64,000 nt of DNA from an uncultured Candidatus Saccharibacteria bacterium (GCA_963539155.1 CAUTJX010000002.1:17238-81237), one strand, 5' to 3'. Positions 49,732-58,936 are shown, counted from the stretch's first letter. A program made the numbers and translations. The notes: a model not told the origin generated them from the sequence alone.

Positions 49732-50340
49732 ATGGAAGCTAGCTATCTCACCCGCCATCCGCGTCTTCGAGATTTTCTAAATTTTAGCGGATTTGTTATT
49801 GCAGTGCTAATTGGCACTTTGCTATTAAATGCTTACGTTTTTCGCAGTTTTTCCGTCTCTGGACACAGCATGGATAATACTCTCGCCGACGGCGACCGGT
49901 TAATCATTAACCGAATACCTGTAACCATGGCACAGATACAAAATAAACCGTATTTGCCAGAACGTGGAAAGATTGTTGTTTTTGTCAATCCAGTCTATAG
50001 GCCTGGAGCGCCAGATCGCTACATCATCAAACGCGTAATTGCCTTCCCCGGCGAACGCGTCGTTGTCAAGGACGGCGTGCTAACAGTTTACAATAATAAA
50101 TATCCCGAAGGCTTTCATCCAGACGACAGCACACGCAAGAACAACGTTGGTCCAAAATCGCCAACTAGCCACAGCGGCGAATGGACAGTACCAGAAGGCT
50201 CTATTTTCGTAGCGGGCGATAATCGAGTCGGCGACAACTCATTCGACTCGCGTAGCGGACTGGGCTTCATTCCAACTTATGATATCGTCGGACCAGTAGC
50301 TCTGCGGATTTTTCCGTTAGGCAATATAGACTCGTTTTGA
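49732..50340 (+). CDS. lepB: Signal peptidase I
   Basis: SM..TL..GD, IIKRVI..PGE, GDNR...SFDSR; start at ATG 49732, 7 nt after TATAAT. Confidence 0.93.
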   Translation: MEASYLTRHPRLRDFLNFSGFVIAVLIGTLLLNAYVFRSFSVSGHSMDNTLADGDRLIINRIPVTMAQIQNKPYLPERGKIVVFVNPVYRPGAPDRYIIKRVIAFPGERVVVKDGVLTVYNNKYPEGFHPDDSTRKNNVGPKSPTSHSGEWTVPEGSIFVAGDNRVGDNSFDSRSGLGFIPTYDIVGPVALRIFPLGNIDSF

Positions 50341-50420
50341 GTTTAAAATTAAGATTACAAGCTAGCAGCCTAAAAATTCAATTTGTAATTTTTACAACGT
50401 TAGATTAGTGCAATTCGGGG

Positions 50421-51311
50421 TTATTCACCTAACAACTTGGCAATTCGCTCGAAATCTGCTTGATCTTTGAATGAAATAATAATCCGTCCGGCGCCTTTCC
50501 GAGTCTCTTTGACGGCGACTGGCGTTCCGAAACGCTTAGCAAAACACTCCTCTTCGCGAATAAATCTCGAGCTGCGGACGGCTTTTCTACCTTTAGTCGA
50601 TGTTGTGCCATGCAACTTTTTATAATTCGAGACATAGCGCTCAATCGTCCGCGCGCTCCATTGTTCTTTTATAATTATCGGGACAACCCGCAAAATTTCT
50701 TCTTCTGGCAAGCTCGTCAACGACCGCGCCTGGCCTTCGCTTAGTTCGCCGCGCGCTACTACATCGCGCACCGCCCCCGGCAAGCGCAACAAGCGCATAG
50801 TATTAGCAATCGCCGCCGACGTTTTACCGACACGCTTGCCGATATCATCTAAAGTCAGATTAAATTGATCGCGCAGCTTTAAATACGCCGTCGCTGTTTC
50901 TAGCGGATTAAGGTCGCGGCGCTGGATATTCTCGATCAACGACAGCTCTAACCGGTGCTGGCCCGATAGCGTCCGTACCAGCGCTGGAATCCGATCAAGC
51001 TTCGCTAGCTTAGAAGCCCGGAAACGGCGTTCGCCAGCCACAATCATATAGCCGTCGCCATGCGGCCGCACCACCACTGGCTGCAATACGCCATGCTCTT
51101 TGATCGATTTACTCAATTCAACCAACGCATCGTCGTCAAATTCGCGACGCGGCTGATCTGGATCGGGCATAATCGACGCTAATTTAATATAGCGCAAATC
51201 GCTAACGCGTTCATCTTGCTCGGCCGTCGGATCAAATGATTCGTCTAGCAGCTCTGTCGGAATAAGCGAGTCAAAACCTCGCCCTAGGCCCTTTTTAGCC
51301 GGCACGCTCAA
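50421..51311 (-). CDS. parB: Chromosome partitioning protein ParB
   Basis: KKGLGRG, QPR..F, GVLQP, IVAGERRFRA, LIENIQR.DL, HTH. Confidence 0.96.
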   Translation of the reverse strand: MSVPAKKGLGRGFDSLIPTELLDESFDPTAEQDERVSDLRYIKLASIMPDPDQPRREFDDDALVELSKSIKEHGVLQPVVVRPHGDGYMIVAGERRFRASKLAKLDRIPALVRTLSGQHRLELSLIENIQRRDLNPLETATAYLKLRDQFNLTLDDIGKRVGKTSAAIANTMRLLRLPGAVRDVVARGELSEGQARSLTSLPEEEILRVVPIIIKEQWSARTIERYVSNYKKLHGTTSTKGRKAVRSSRFIREEECFAKRFGTPVAVKETRKGAGRIIISFKDQADFERIAKLLGE

Positions 51312-52059
51312 TCACCTCCTTGGCTAGCGCTTTATAAGCGCGAGCGCCTTTACTAAACCTATCATACGCGCCAATTGGCAAGCCATGGCTCGGTGCCTCG
51401 GCCAAGCGAACATTACGCGGAATCTTCGTTTTGAACACTTTAGCTGGAAAATGCTTAGAAATCTCGTCTAATACTTGCGTCGACAGTGATGTGCGGTTAT
51501 CAACCATTGTCGGCAACACACCTACCAAATCAAGCGTTGGATTGAGATTTTTGCGCACTAGTTTCATCGTTTCCAGTAACTGGCCTAGGCCCTCTAACGC
51601 ATAGAATTCTGCTTGTACTGGCAGCAAAACATACTGAGCGGCAATCAATGCATTAACCGTCAACAAGCTCAAACTCGGCGGACAATCAATGATAATGTAA
51701 TCGTAATCTATGGTGCAAGCCTTGATAGCATATTTCAGGCGGCTGAAACGATAATCAGTCTGAGCCAGCTCTACTTCGGTATTAGCTAAGGTTGGCACAG
51801 CAGGCACCAACGATAGGTTATCAAACTCGGTTGGAACCGTTACTTCTACTAATTTTTTACGGCCGAGAATAGCATCAGCAATAGTTACTTCTAAGCTCTG
51901 CTTATCAATACCTAAGCCGCTAGTTGCATTGCCCTGCGGATCGAAATCAATCAATAGCGTCCGCTTGCCCATCTTTGCCAGATAGTAAGCCAGATTGATT
52001 GACGTTGTCGTCTTGCCAACGCCGCCTTTCTGATTGGTAACCGTTATGATAGATGCCAC
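51295..52059 (-). CDS. parA: Chromosome partitioning ATPase ParA/Soj
   Basis: NQKGGVGKTTT, D.DPQGNAT, DCPPSL, IPRNVRLAEAPS.G. Confidence 0.96.
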   Translation of the reverse strand: MASIITVTNQKGGVGKTTTSINLAYYLAKMGKRTLLIDFDPQGNATSGLGIDKQSLEVTIADAILGRKKLVEVTVPTEFDNLSLVPAVPTLANTEVELAQTDYRFSRLKYAIKACTIDYDYIIIDCPPSLSLLTVNALIAAQYVLLPVQAEFYALEGLGQLLETMKLVRKNLNPTLDLVGVLPTMVDNRTSLSTQVLDEISKHFPAKVFKTKIPRNVRLAEAPSHGLPIGAYDRFSKGARAYKALAKEVIERAG

Positions 52060-52116
52060 TGTTTATCTGCCCTCTCTGCTTACGTTTAATTATACCACAA
52101 ACATCTAGTAAATATG

Positions 52117-52148
52117 AAATTGCCCTGCTTCAAAGAACAGGGCAATTT
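52117..52148 (-). terminator. Intrinsic terminator after rplU
   Basis: 11-bp IR AAATTGCCCTG / CAGGGCAATTT. Confidence 0.75.
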
Positions 52149-52164
52149 ATCAAGTTTGTATCTA

Positions 52165-52470
52165 CTATTTAATCGACGTGATCTCGATACGGCTATATTT
52201 TTGACGATGGCCGTTTTCTTTGTGAACGCGTTTTTTAGCTTTGTAGCGAATGACGCGGATTTTGTCGCCTTTGACTTCCGCCTCAACGACTTTCGCTTTT
52301 ACCACCGCGCCTTTTACGGTCGGCGTGCCAACTTTTGTTTTATCACCATCAATCACTAAAAGTGCGTCGAGAGTGAGTTCTTTTGTGCCTTCAGGGAGGA
52401 GATCCACCAAGAGGGACTCTTTTTCGCTGACAACATATTGCTTGCCAGAGATCTTTACGACTGCTTTCAT
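52165..52470 (-). CDS. rplU: 50S ribosomal protein L21
   Basis: AVVK.SGKQY.V, VGTP.V.GA.V, KG.KI, GHRQ.Y. Confidence 0.96.
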   Translation of the reverse strand: MKAVVKISGKQYVVSEKESLLVDLLPEGTKELTLDALLVIDGDKTKVGTPTVKGAVVKAKVVEAEVKGDKIRVIRYKAKKRVHKENGHRQKYSRIEITSIK

Positions 52471-52585
52471 TTCGTTCCTTAATAATTAGTTTTCAATCTG
52501 TACTATTGTACCAGAGGTACGATGGTAAATCAAGGTTCGCAGGCAGTTTGGTTCACTCCTACTTGAGGAATGTTAAGTTAAGGTT

Positions 52586-53116
52586 CTATTGCTGCGTACC
52601 GTAGCGTTTAGTATATAGCGCACTCTTTGCGCCTTCAAACGGCGATTTACGGTCTGATTCTGTCATACCATCTCGCGGCTTAGACATAGTTGGTCCTTCC
52701 ACAATAAGACCTGCTACCGGATATTGACCCACAATCCACCTCTTTCCAAATACAATATCAGGCATTACCTCACCTTGAGGTTTTTCTAACGCTGAACCTT
52801 TTTCGTTTTCCTTGCCTTCAGGTAGGATCAAGCCGTCGCCAATAGCGAAAGTTTCAACATCACCTGTTTCTGGATCTTTAGTAATTAGTATAGACGCCTG
52901 ACCGTCGCCTTCGTATGTGTCGCGGATATATTTATCATGCACCTTAGGATCGATCGAAAATGAAATGCCATCGCCGGTACGACCATCATAAATGATACCC
53001 GTAGCACCATCAGCAAAATATACATCCTCACTACGATTATTTACTCTTTCTGGCGGTATTCCTCTTTCTGGCGGTATTCCTCTTTCTGGTTGCCCCATAG
53101 AACGTTCGCTTGCCAT
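52586..53116 (-). CDS. Hypothetical protein
   Basis: 176-aa ORF with TTGACA-17-TATAGT promoter (53161-53189). Confidence 0.7.
   Translation of the reverse strand: MASERSMGQPERGIPPERGIPPERVNNRSEDVYFADGATGIIYDGRTGDGISFSIDPKVHDKYIRDTYEGDGQASILITKDPETGDVETFAIGDGLILPEGKENEKGSALEKPQGEVMPDIVFGKRWIVGQYPVAGLIVEGPTMSKPRDGMTESDRKSPFEGAKSALYTKRYGTQQ
53044..53089. repeat. 18-bp tandem repeat x2.5 (encodes PERGIP)
   Basis: CTCTTTCTGGCGGTATTC twice plus CTCTTTCTGG. Confidence 0.95.
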
Positions 53117-53224
53117 TACCCATGATCCCTTTCTTTTTACGGCATTGCTAATAGTTCCCTACTATACTCTCTTTCTCTTGATTTGTCAAGTATTTTTAAC
53201 ATTTTCTGTGATTTTTACAATGGA

Positions 53225-54052
53225 CTAATTTGCCTGCAACTCGGCCATGGCGTTATTAGCACGCAGCCAGCCACTCGGTGAGCCGCATTCCATGTAGTCG
53301 CCCTTAGCCTCACCAACCGCGATGACACCGCCACTCGCGATGTACGCGTTAATGGCATCAGTTAGCTCAAATTCACCGCGCTGTGGATTGGCAGGCAATG
53401 TACGCGCCAACTCGAAAATCTCCTTATTGAGAACGTAAAGGCTGGAATTGCTGAGATTACTTGGCGCTTCCTCCAGTTTCGGTTTTTCAATGATTCGCAC
53501 AAAATTGCCTTGTTCGTCCGTCTCTATGATACCAGTTTGTGGAATAAATTCCTCGTCAACAGGATTGCCTAGCAGACCAGCCGTCAAACCGCGCGACTCG
53601 ACCAACTCCGCCAAATCCGCCGCGTTCGACCCGCCATCTTCCCGCCAGAAAAACTGATCGCCCATCACCACGAAAGCCGATTCGCCCGGCTCAATAAATT
53701 CGCTCGCCAAGCCCACTGGAATGCTAGTGCCGTAACCACCCGTACCAGGCTGAGTTAAAAAATGTATTCGCACATCGCGCAGCGGCGCCACCAGAGGTAA
53801 TTTATCTTGTTTACCAGCGCGCCGCAAATAATCGTTCAGCTGGATATTCGACCGATAGTAGCTTTGTACCTGAGTGCTTTGCTCGCCAACCACGAAATAA
53901 ATATCCTTGACACCCGCCCGAATTATATCCTGCACGATATAGTCAACCACCGGACGCGTCCCCACCGGCAACATACACTTTTCGATTGATTTGGTAATCG
54001 GCAGCATCCGCGTGCCCCAACCGGCGACTGGAATAATAGCTTTGGTAATCAT
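53225..54052 (-). CDS. galU: Sugar-phosphate nucleotidyltransferase (GalU-like)
   Basis: KAIIPVAGWGTRMLPITK.I.K.MLP, GD, IIEKP, GE.ELTDAI. Confidence 0.8.
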   Translation of the reverse strand: MITKAIIPVAGWGTRMLPITKSIEKCMLPVGTRPVVDYIVQDIIRAGVKDIYFVVGEQSTQVQSYYRSNIQLNDYLRRAGKQDKLPLVAPLRDVRIHFLTQPGTGGYGTSIPVGLASEFIEPGESAFVVMGDQFFWREDGGSNAADLAELVESRGLTAGLLGNPVDEEFIPQTGIIETDEQGNFVRIIEKPKLEEAPSNLSNSSLYVLNKEIFELARTLPANPQRGEFELTDAINAYIASGGVIAVGEAKGDYMECGSPSGWLRANNAMAELQAN

Positions 54053-54190
54053 ATTTCCTCCTTACATCTTCAGTTCTTTATGCGATTTCTGTAAAATATC
54101 CGTCATTTTCGCATAGCGCATCTCACCCTCGGCAATCCTGGAATAGAGATAGACGACATTATCTACCGCCCCAATATTAACCTTACTTTT

Positions 54191-54772
54191 TCACTTCATC
54201 GAAGAAATAATCGCGACGATAAATACCAACAGCACCAGAGCTACTCCGGAAACTGTACCAACAACCATAGCCGTTACTCCCAAGTTGCCAGATTTTGCAT
54301 ACGGAGCATACAGGCGCAAGTTTTCGTACCACCAATGAATGCCTTTATCATTAGCTGCATTTCCCTGCGCAGCCAAGGTGGTAAATCCAATAACCGGACT
54401 AACAGCCGCACTAGCCAAAAGAAACAGACTTTCCCGACTATTAAAATTAAGATTTAGACGTCTGCCAGCAGCTGTAATATACAAATGATCAAAGTTAATT
54501 TTAACTTTCGTAATTTGGCTAGGATCAACATCAAGCTCAAGCCCCAGCGGCCGGTTGGTATTCTCATCAATCCGAACCAGCCGAATTCTGTTAGCTGTCG
54601 TCCATTCCAGCATACACGCCGGCGAATCATTGAATATCGTTACGCCATAACTGATAACTTTTACATAGTTAACCAAAGGCACATTATCAAGAGCACTGAC
54701 CATCGATGTCGGCTGAACCGGCACTTGAGCTGGCTGCTGCACTTGCATAATTTGGTTTTGCTGCGGATTCAT
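54191..54772 (-). CDS. Hypothetical membrane protein (Gln/Pro-rich N-terminus, C-terminal TMs)
   Basis: ATG 54772 with GAAAGGA SD; two hydrophobic segments in the C-terminal third. Confidence 0.7.
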   Translation of the reverse strand: MNPQQNQIMQVQQPAQVPVQPTSMVSALDNVPLVNYVKVISYGVTIFNDSPACMLEWTTANRIRLVRIDENTNRPLGLELDVDPSQITKVKINFDHLYITAAGRRLNLNFNSRESLFLLASAAVSPVIGFTTLAAQGNAANDKGIHWWYENLRLYAPYAKSGNLGVTAMVVGTVSGVALVLLVFIVAIISSMK

Positions 54773-54814
54773 TTCATTATCCTTTCTAATTTCTATAGCA
54801 TTGCACAAAATATA

Positions 54815-57800
54815 TTAATTATGCTTTTTCAAGTAGATTTCCACCGGTTTGCCGTCAACTTTAACGTCGTACTTTTCCATATCGTCCGCCGCCGCAGAGC
54901 CTAGCTTTACAGCCAGCGTCTCGGCCTTGATGGTATCAGCAAACATATCGACAGCTTGGGTGATTTCTGAGTCGCTACTAGTGATACCAAGCTCAATCCG
55001 GTCGTCCACCTGCAACCCAGCTTTCTTACGCGCACTCTGAACATGGCGAACGATCTCGCGCATCAGGCCTTCGCGTTTGAGCTCGGGAGTGATGGTGAGA
55101 TCGTAGACAACACTTGGCTGAGCGGACACTTCAGAACCATCAAGCTCTGAACCAGTAAAGACCTCTACGGTTTTAACATTCAACTCGTCCCGTGCAATAT
55201 CGACTAGGAACTGAGCAACTTCCTCTGGCGTATTTTGCGAAATAGTACTGACAAGCTTCGCGGATGCCAGTGGCTGACGAACCTTAATTCCCTCAGCGGC
55301 ACGCTTCGACAAACCATCATTCACAGCAGCACGCAGTGCGTTCATATCGCGCAGTATTGCCCTGTTAACTTCTCCCGCTGGCAGCCAATCCTTCAAGTGA
55401 ATCGACTCATCATCGCCGGTCAGATTATGGTACAACTCCTCAGCCAAAAACGGCGTAAACGGCGCCAAAATATAGCTCAGACGCACCAGCACGTAATGTA
55501 GCGTGCGATAAGCATCGTTCTTGTCACCATCACCTTCAGCGCCCGCGGCCTCTTTCGACGATCTCCAGAAGCGGCGGCGACTGCGACGAACGTACCAGTT
55601 GGACGCGTCGTCCAGGAATGGCAAAATCGGACTCAGCGCATCAGGAATATTGTAGGCATCCATATGCTTCTCGACCTCCGCCACCAGCTCGTGCAAACGA
55701 CTGATAATCCAGATATCGAGCGGGTTAGATAATTTATCAATATCGACGCTAATCTGGAACGAGTTCTCAGTTCCAGTGCGAGACAAGGATTCGGGAGTAT
55801 CGGAGTGAGTCGTATTGGTGATACGGTGAACGAGAAACGCATCCGAAGACGCCGTATCGTACGGAAATGTGAACTCGTCAACTTCCGCATACATGGTGAA
55901 GAAATCATACATATTCCAAATCATACTGAGCTTACGCGCCACGTCACCAACGTCTTTGTCGTGCAAGGCAAAGTCTTCACCGTTCAGTAGCGGACTACTC
56001 AGTAGCAGGAAACGCAAGGAATCCGCACTAAACTTATCCATCAGCTCATTCGGGTCGGTAAAATTGCCGAGAGACTTACTCATCTTGCGGCCGTCATTGC
56101 CCGCCACCACACCGGTGGTGATGACGTTGCTGTAGGCGTTTTTGTGCTGCGCACCAGCCTCGCCGAAAGCACCAATTTCGGCCAAGGCGGCGTTGACGGC
56201 GTGCACATAGTAAAACCACGCCCGCACCTGGCCGATGTACTCAACGATGAAGTCCGCCGGGTAATTCTGCTCAAACTTGACCTGGTTTTCAAACGGATAA
56301 TGCAGCTGGGCAAACGGCATACTACCGCTCTCAAACCAACAGTCGAGCACCTTATCAATGCGGGTAAACGTTTCGCCGTCGATTTCAAAAGTAATGTCAT
56401 CCACCCACGGGCGGTGGTAATCATCCAGCTCCACGCCGCTGAGCTCCTTGAGCTCTGCATACGACCCGACCACTTTGACCGTACCCTGGTCGCCCTTCCA
56501 CACCGGCATGGCCGTCGCCCAGAAGCGGTCGCGGCTCAGATTCCAATCTGGTGCTTGCTCAATGTTCTTAGCAAAGCGGCCGTGCTTGAGATGAGCCGGG
56601 AACCAATTGATATGCTCGTTTTGCTCCAACATCAGCGGCTTCTGGCCCTGGATATCAAAGAACCACGATGGAATCGCCCGGTACATGATGCGCTGCTTGC
56701 TTCTAGGATTGAATGGATATTCGTGGCGAATGTACTCAATCTTCCACACCACACCCTTTTCTTTCAGGTCTTTGGCGATGAATTTATTATTTTCCCACAC
56801 CTCCAGGCCTTTGTAATTGGTATCGGTGTAGTAGCCATTATCATCAATCACATGGAAAGGCGCGATACCATTGGCTTTACCAAGCTCAAAGTCGTCCTCG
56901 CCATAGGCCGGCGCAATGTGCACGATGCCCGTACCCGACTCGTGCGAGACGAAATCCGCCGCGTAAATGGTGTGAATCTTGTCATTTTCTGGCCAGGTCG
57001 AGCCCGTATTGAGCGGCTGGTATTTCTTACCCACCAATTCGCTCCCTGGGAAGGTGCGCAATACTTCGTAATCAAGCGGCTGGTGCTTTTCATTCTGCAG
57101 GGTGCGCTCCAACGCTTCCTCAGCGATAATTAGCTTCTCACCCCCCACCAACACTTCGCAATACGTCATCTCTGGATTGACGGCCAACATCAGGTTAGCT
57201 GGCAACGTCCACGGCGTGGTCGTCCAGGCGAGAATATGGGTAGCGTTTTGTGCTTCGACAAATGCTTCAATCGCCTGCTGGGTTACACCTGTCACAGGAC
57301 GGCTTAGCAGCTCTTCTGGTGTGCCTGTGGCGAAGCCTGTACCCTCGTGTAGTTTGAGTTTTTCAGCATCCACGCCAGTAATAATGTAAATAGAACATGC
57401 AACATTCGTTCCATTTTCGTGCTTGACGGTCTGCAGCAATAGATTGTTCGAATTTACTTCAAGCTCAAGCTCCTCCTGAAGCTCACGGCGCAGCGTCTCA
57501 ATTGGCGACTCACCCTCATGACTAGTCCCGCCAAAGAGGCTCACCATACCTGGATTCGTGATACCTGGCTTATCATCTCGCTGCTGCGCAATGAGTTTTC
57601 CATTCGTATCCACCAACAAAGCACCGACATAACTCCTCTCGCATTCGTCGAAGCCTACTGGCTTTTGCGTATCATCAACTATTTCACCGCTAATCAACTT
57701 TTTGACTCGCTTTTCGATTTCGTCGCACGCCAATTCTGCCAGCTCTCGACTTTCGGCATGAGGGTCCTCAATCTTCCACCAAACAACGTTATCGCCCTTT

Positions 57801-58861
57801 AGCCAATCCGGTGTCTGGTTACGATTAGCGATATTGACAACTAGGTCGTAATCACACAGCATATCCTTCGTCAATTGTATCCGTTGGCTAGCTCCAACTT
57901 CGATACCTTTCTCTCGCATTAAGTCAATAACCGCCAGCGGATCAAGATTCTTAGCAACGAGATGAGCATCGAAATCCGCAACTGTTGGTATCTCAGCGGT
58001 AGGATACTTCTCTGCGTTAACGCCAGCCGAATCGGCATTCTGCGTCTTGGTGAAGTGATTATAAAAAGCCTGCGCCATCTGTGAACGGACAACATTTGCA
58101 TTGCACACAAACAAAATCTTTGAACTTTTATCTAACGTTATCTTGCGCCTCGTGTTACCGCTAAGCAGCTTAAATTTCACATACACACTCGGATCAGTTA
58201 CCGTCTGGTAAGCGTCATTATCCATAGTTACTTCTGCCTTGCTAACAGGGGTAGCAAACTTGGTGTCGTACATCAGCACCTTTTCGCCTTCATAGATTTT
58301 GCCAGCCTCATACAACTGTTTAAAGGCCCACCAGACGCTCTCCATGAAATTCTTGTCCATGGTGCGATAGGCGCCTTTGAAGTCCACCCAGCGACCAATG
58401 CGATCGATCACGCCCTGCCACGTCTCGCTATTCGCCACCATACTTTCGCGCGCTTTGTTGATGTACTTTTCCAGGCTAATGGTCGGCAGTGGGTTACCAT
58501 CCTTATCTAGTGGCGCGAGCTGATCTAGGCTCGTGACAATTTGCCGCCGATCCACGATATTCATCTGCTTTTCGACGAAATTCTCTGCCGGCAACCCATG
58601 GCAGTCCCAACCCCAGCGGCGCTCCACGCGCTTGCCCTTCATCGTCCAGTAGCGCGGCACCGCGTCCTTAACGATTGAGCTCAGTAGCGTACCATGATGC
58701 GGCACCCCAGTGATAAACGGCGGCCCGTCGTAAAAAACGTAGGCATTATCTGCCGACCGCTGCGTCACCGACTTTTCAAACGTCTGATCGTCCTTCCAGC
58801 GTTGCACCCAGTCTTTTTCGTATTCTGCCGCGCGACGGCGTGTTCCGTGTTTGAATTTCAT
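54815..58861 (-). CDS. ileS: Isoleucine--tRNA ligase type 2 with inserted LMW-phosphatase and NUDIX domains
   Basis: FYDGPPF, PHHGT, GWDCHGLP, WTTTPWT, GTGIVHIAPAYGEDD, DWNLSRDRFW, WFESGSMP, KMSKS, WYVRRSRRRFW, type-2 C-terminus (EG..RE.VR.VQ.ARK). Confidence 0.96.
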   Translation of the reverse strand: MKFKHGTRRRAAEYEKDWVQRWKDDQTFEKSVTQRSADNAYVFYDGPPFITGVPHHGTLLSSIVKDAVPRYWTMKGKRVERRWGWDCHGLPAENFVEKQMNIVDRRQIVTSLDQLAPLDKDGNPLPTISLEKYINKARESMVANSETWQGVIDRIGRWVDFKGAYRTMDKNFMESVWWAFKQLYEAGKIYEGEKVLMYDTKFATPVSKAEVTMDNDAYQTVTDPSVYVKFKLLSGNTRRKITLDKSSKILFVCNANVVRSQMAQAFYNHFTKTQNADSAGVNAEKYPTAEIPTVADFDAHLVAKNLDPLAVIDLMREKGIEVGASQRIQLTKDMLCDYDLVVNIANRNQTPDWLKGDNVVWWKIEDPHAESRELAELACDEIEKRVKKLISGEIVDDTQKPVGFDECERSYVGALLVDTNGKLIAQQRDDKPGITNPGMVSLFGGTSHEGESPIETLRRELQEELELEVNSNNLLLQTVKHENGTNVACSIYIITGVDAEKLKLHEGTGFATGTPEELLSRPVTGVTQQAIEAFVEAQNATHILAWTTTPWTLPANLMLAVNPEMTYCEVLVGGEKLIIAEEALERTLQNEKHQPLDYEVLRTFPGSELVGKKYQPLNTGSTWPENDKIHTIYAADFVSHESGTGIVHIAPAYGEDDFELGKANGIAPFHVIDDNGYYTDTNYKGLEVWENNKFIAKDLKEKGVVWKIEYIRHEYPFNPRSKQRIMYRAIPSWFFDIQGQKPLMLEQNEHINWFPAHLKHGRFAKNIEQAPDWNLSRDRFWATAMPVWKGDQGTVKVVGSYAELKELSGVELDDYHRPWVDDITFEIDGETFTRIDKVLDCWFESGSMPFAQLHYPFENQVKFEQNYPADFIVEYIGQVRAWFYYVHAVNAALAEIGAFGEAGAQHKNAYSNVITTGVVAGNDGRKMSKSLGNFTDPNELMDKFSADSLRFLLLSSPLLNGEDFALHDKDVGDVARKLSMIWNMYDFFTMYAEVDEFTFPYDTASSDAFLVHRITNTTHSDTPESLSRTGTENSFQISVDIDKLSNPLDIWIISRLHELVAEVEKHMDAYNIPDALSPILPFLDDASNWYVRRSRRRFWRSSKEAAGAEGDGDKNDAYRTLHYVLVRLSYILAPFTPFLAEELYHNLTGDDESIHLKDWLPAGEVNRAILRDMNALRAAVNDGLSKRAAEGIKVRQPLASAKLVSTISQNTPEEVAQFLVDIARDELNVKTVEVFTGSELDGSEVSAQPSVVYDLTITPELKREGLMREIVRHVQSARKKAGLQVDDRIELGITSSDSEITQAVDMFADTIKAETLAVKLGSAAADDMEKYDVKVDGKPVEIYLKKHN
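55759..55878. mobile_element. 120-bp palindromic element inserted in frame in ileS (RPE/MITE-like)
   Basis: Nested inverted repeats ACGAGTTC/GAACTCGT, TTCC/GGAA, GTGCGA/TCGTAC, TTCGG/CCGAA, CGTAT/ATACG; exactly 40 codons encoding a non-IleRS-like peptide. Confidence 0.6.
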
Positions 58862-58936
58862 TACACTTTCTCCTTATTTACCTTATATTCACTGCTTTGT
58901 TTAAATTATTAATCAAACTTTCCTGTTCCCTGTTCA

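Noticed and set aside
50340..52165. parS site near parAB
   Set aside because: No match to TGTTTCACGTGAAACA found by reading; a degenerate site cannot be excluded without a motif scan.
56144..57133. 329-aa plus-strand ORF
   Set aside because: Entirely antisense to the conserved IleRS core with no motifs; a shadow ORF. The same applies to the many other short antisense or overlapping ORFs in the track.
57690..58120. Thioredoxin-coupled arsenate reductase (ArsC) call for the inserted domain
   Set aside because: Same fold, but the distal redox Cys pair of Trx-type ArsC is not evident, so only LMW phosphatase family is supportable.
57240..58165. IleRS insert as an intein or intron
   Set aside because: No intein block A/B or terminal His-Asn followed by Cys/Ser/Thr, no homing-endonuclease motif, and the frame is continuous with recognisable LMW-phosphatase and NUDIX motifs.
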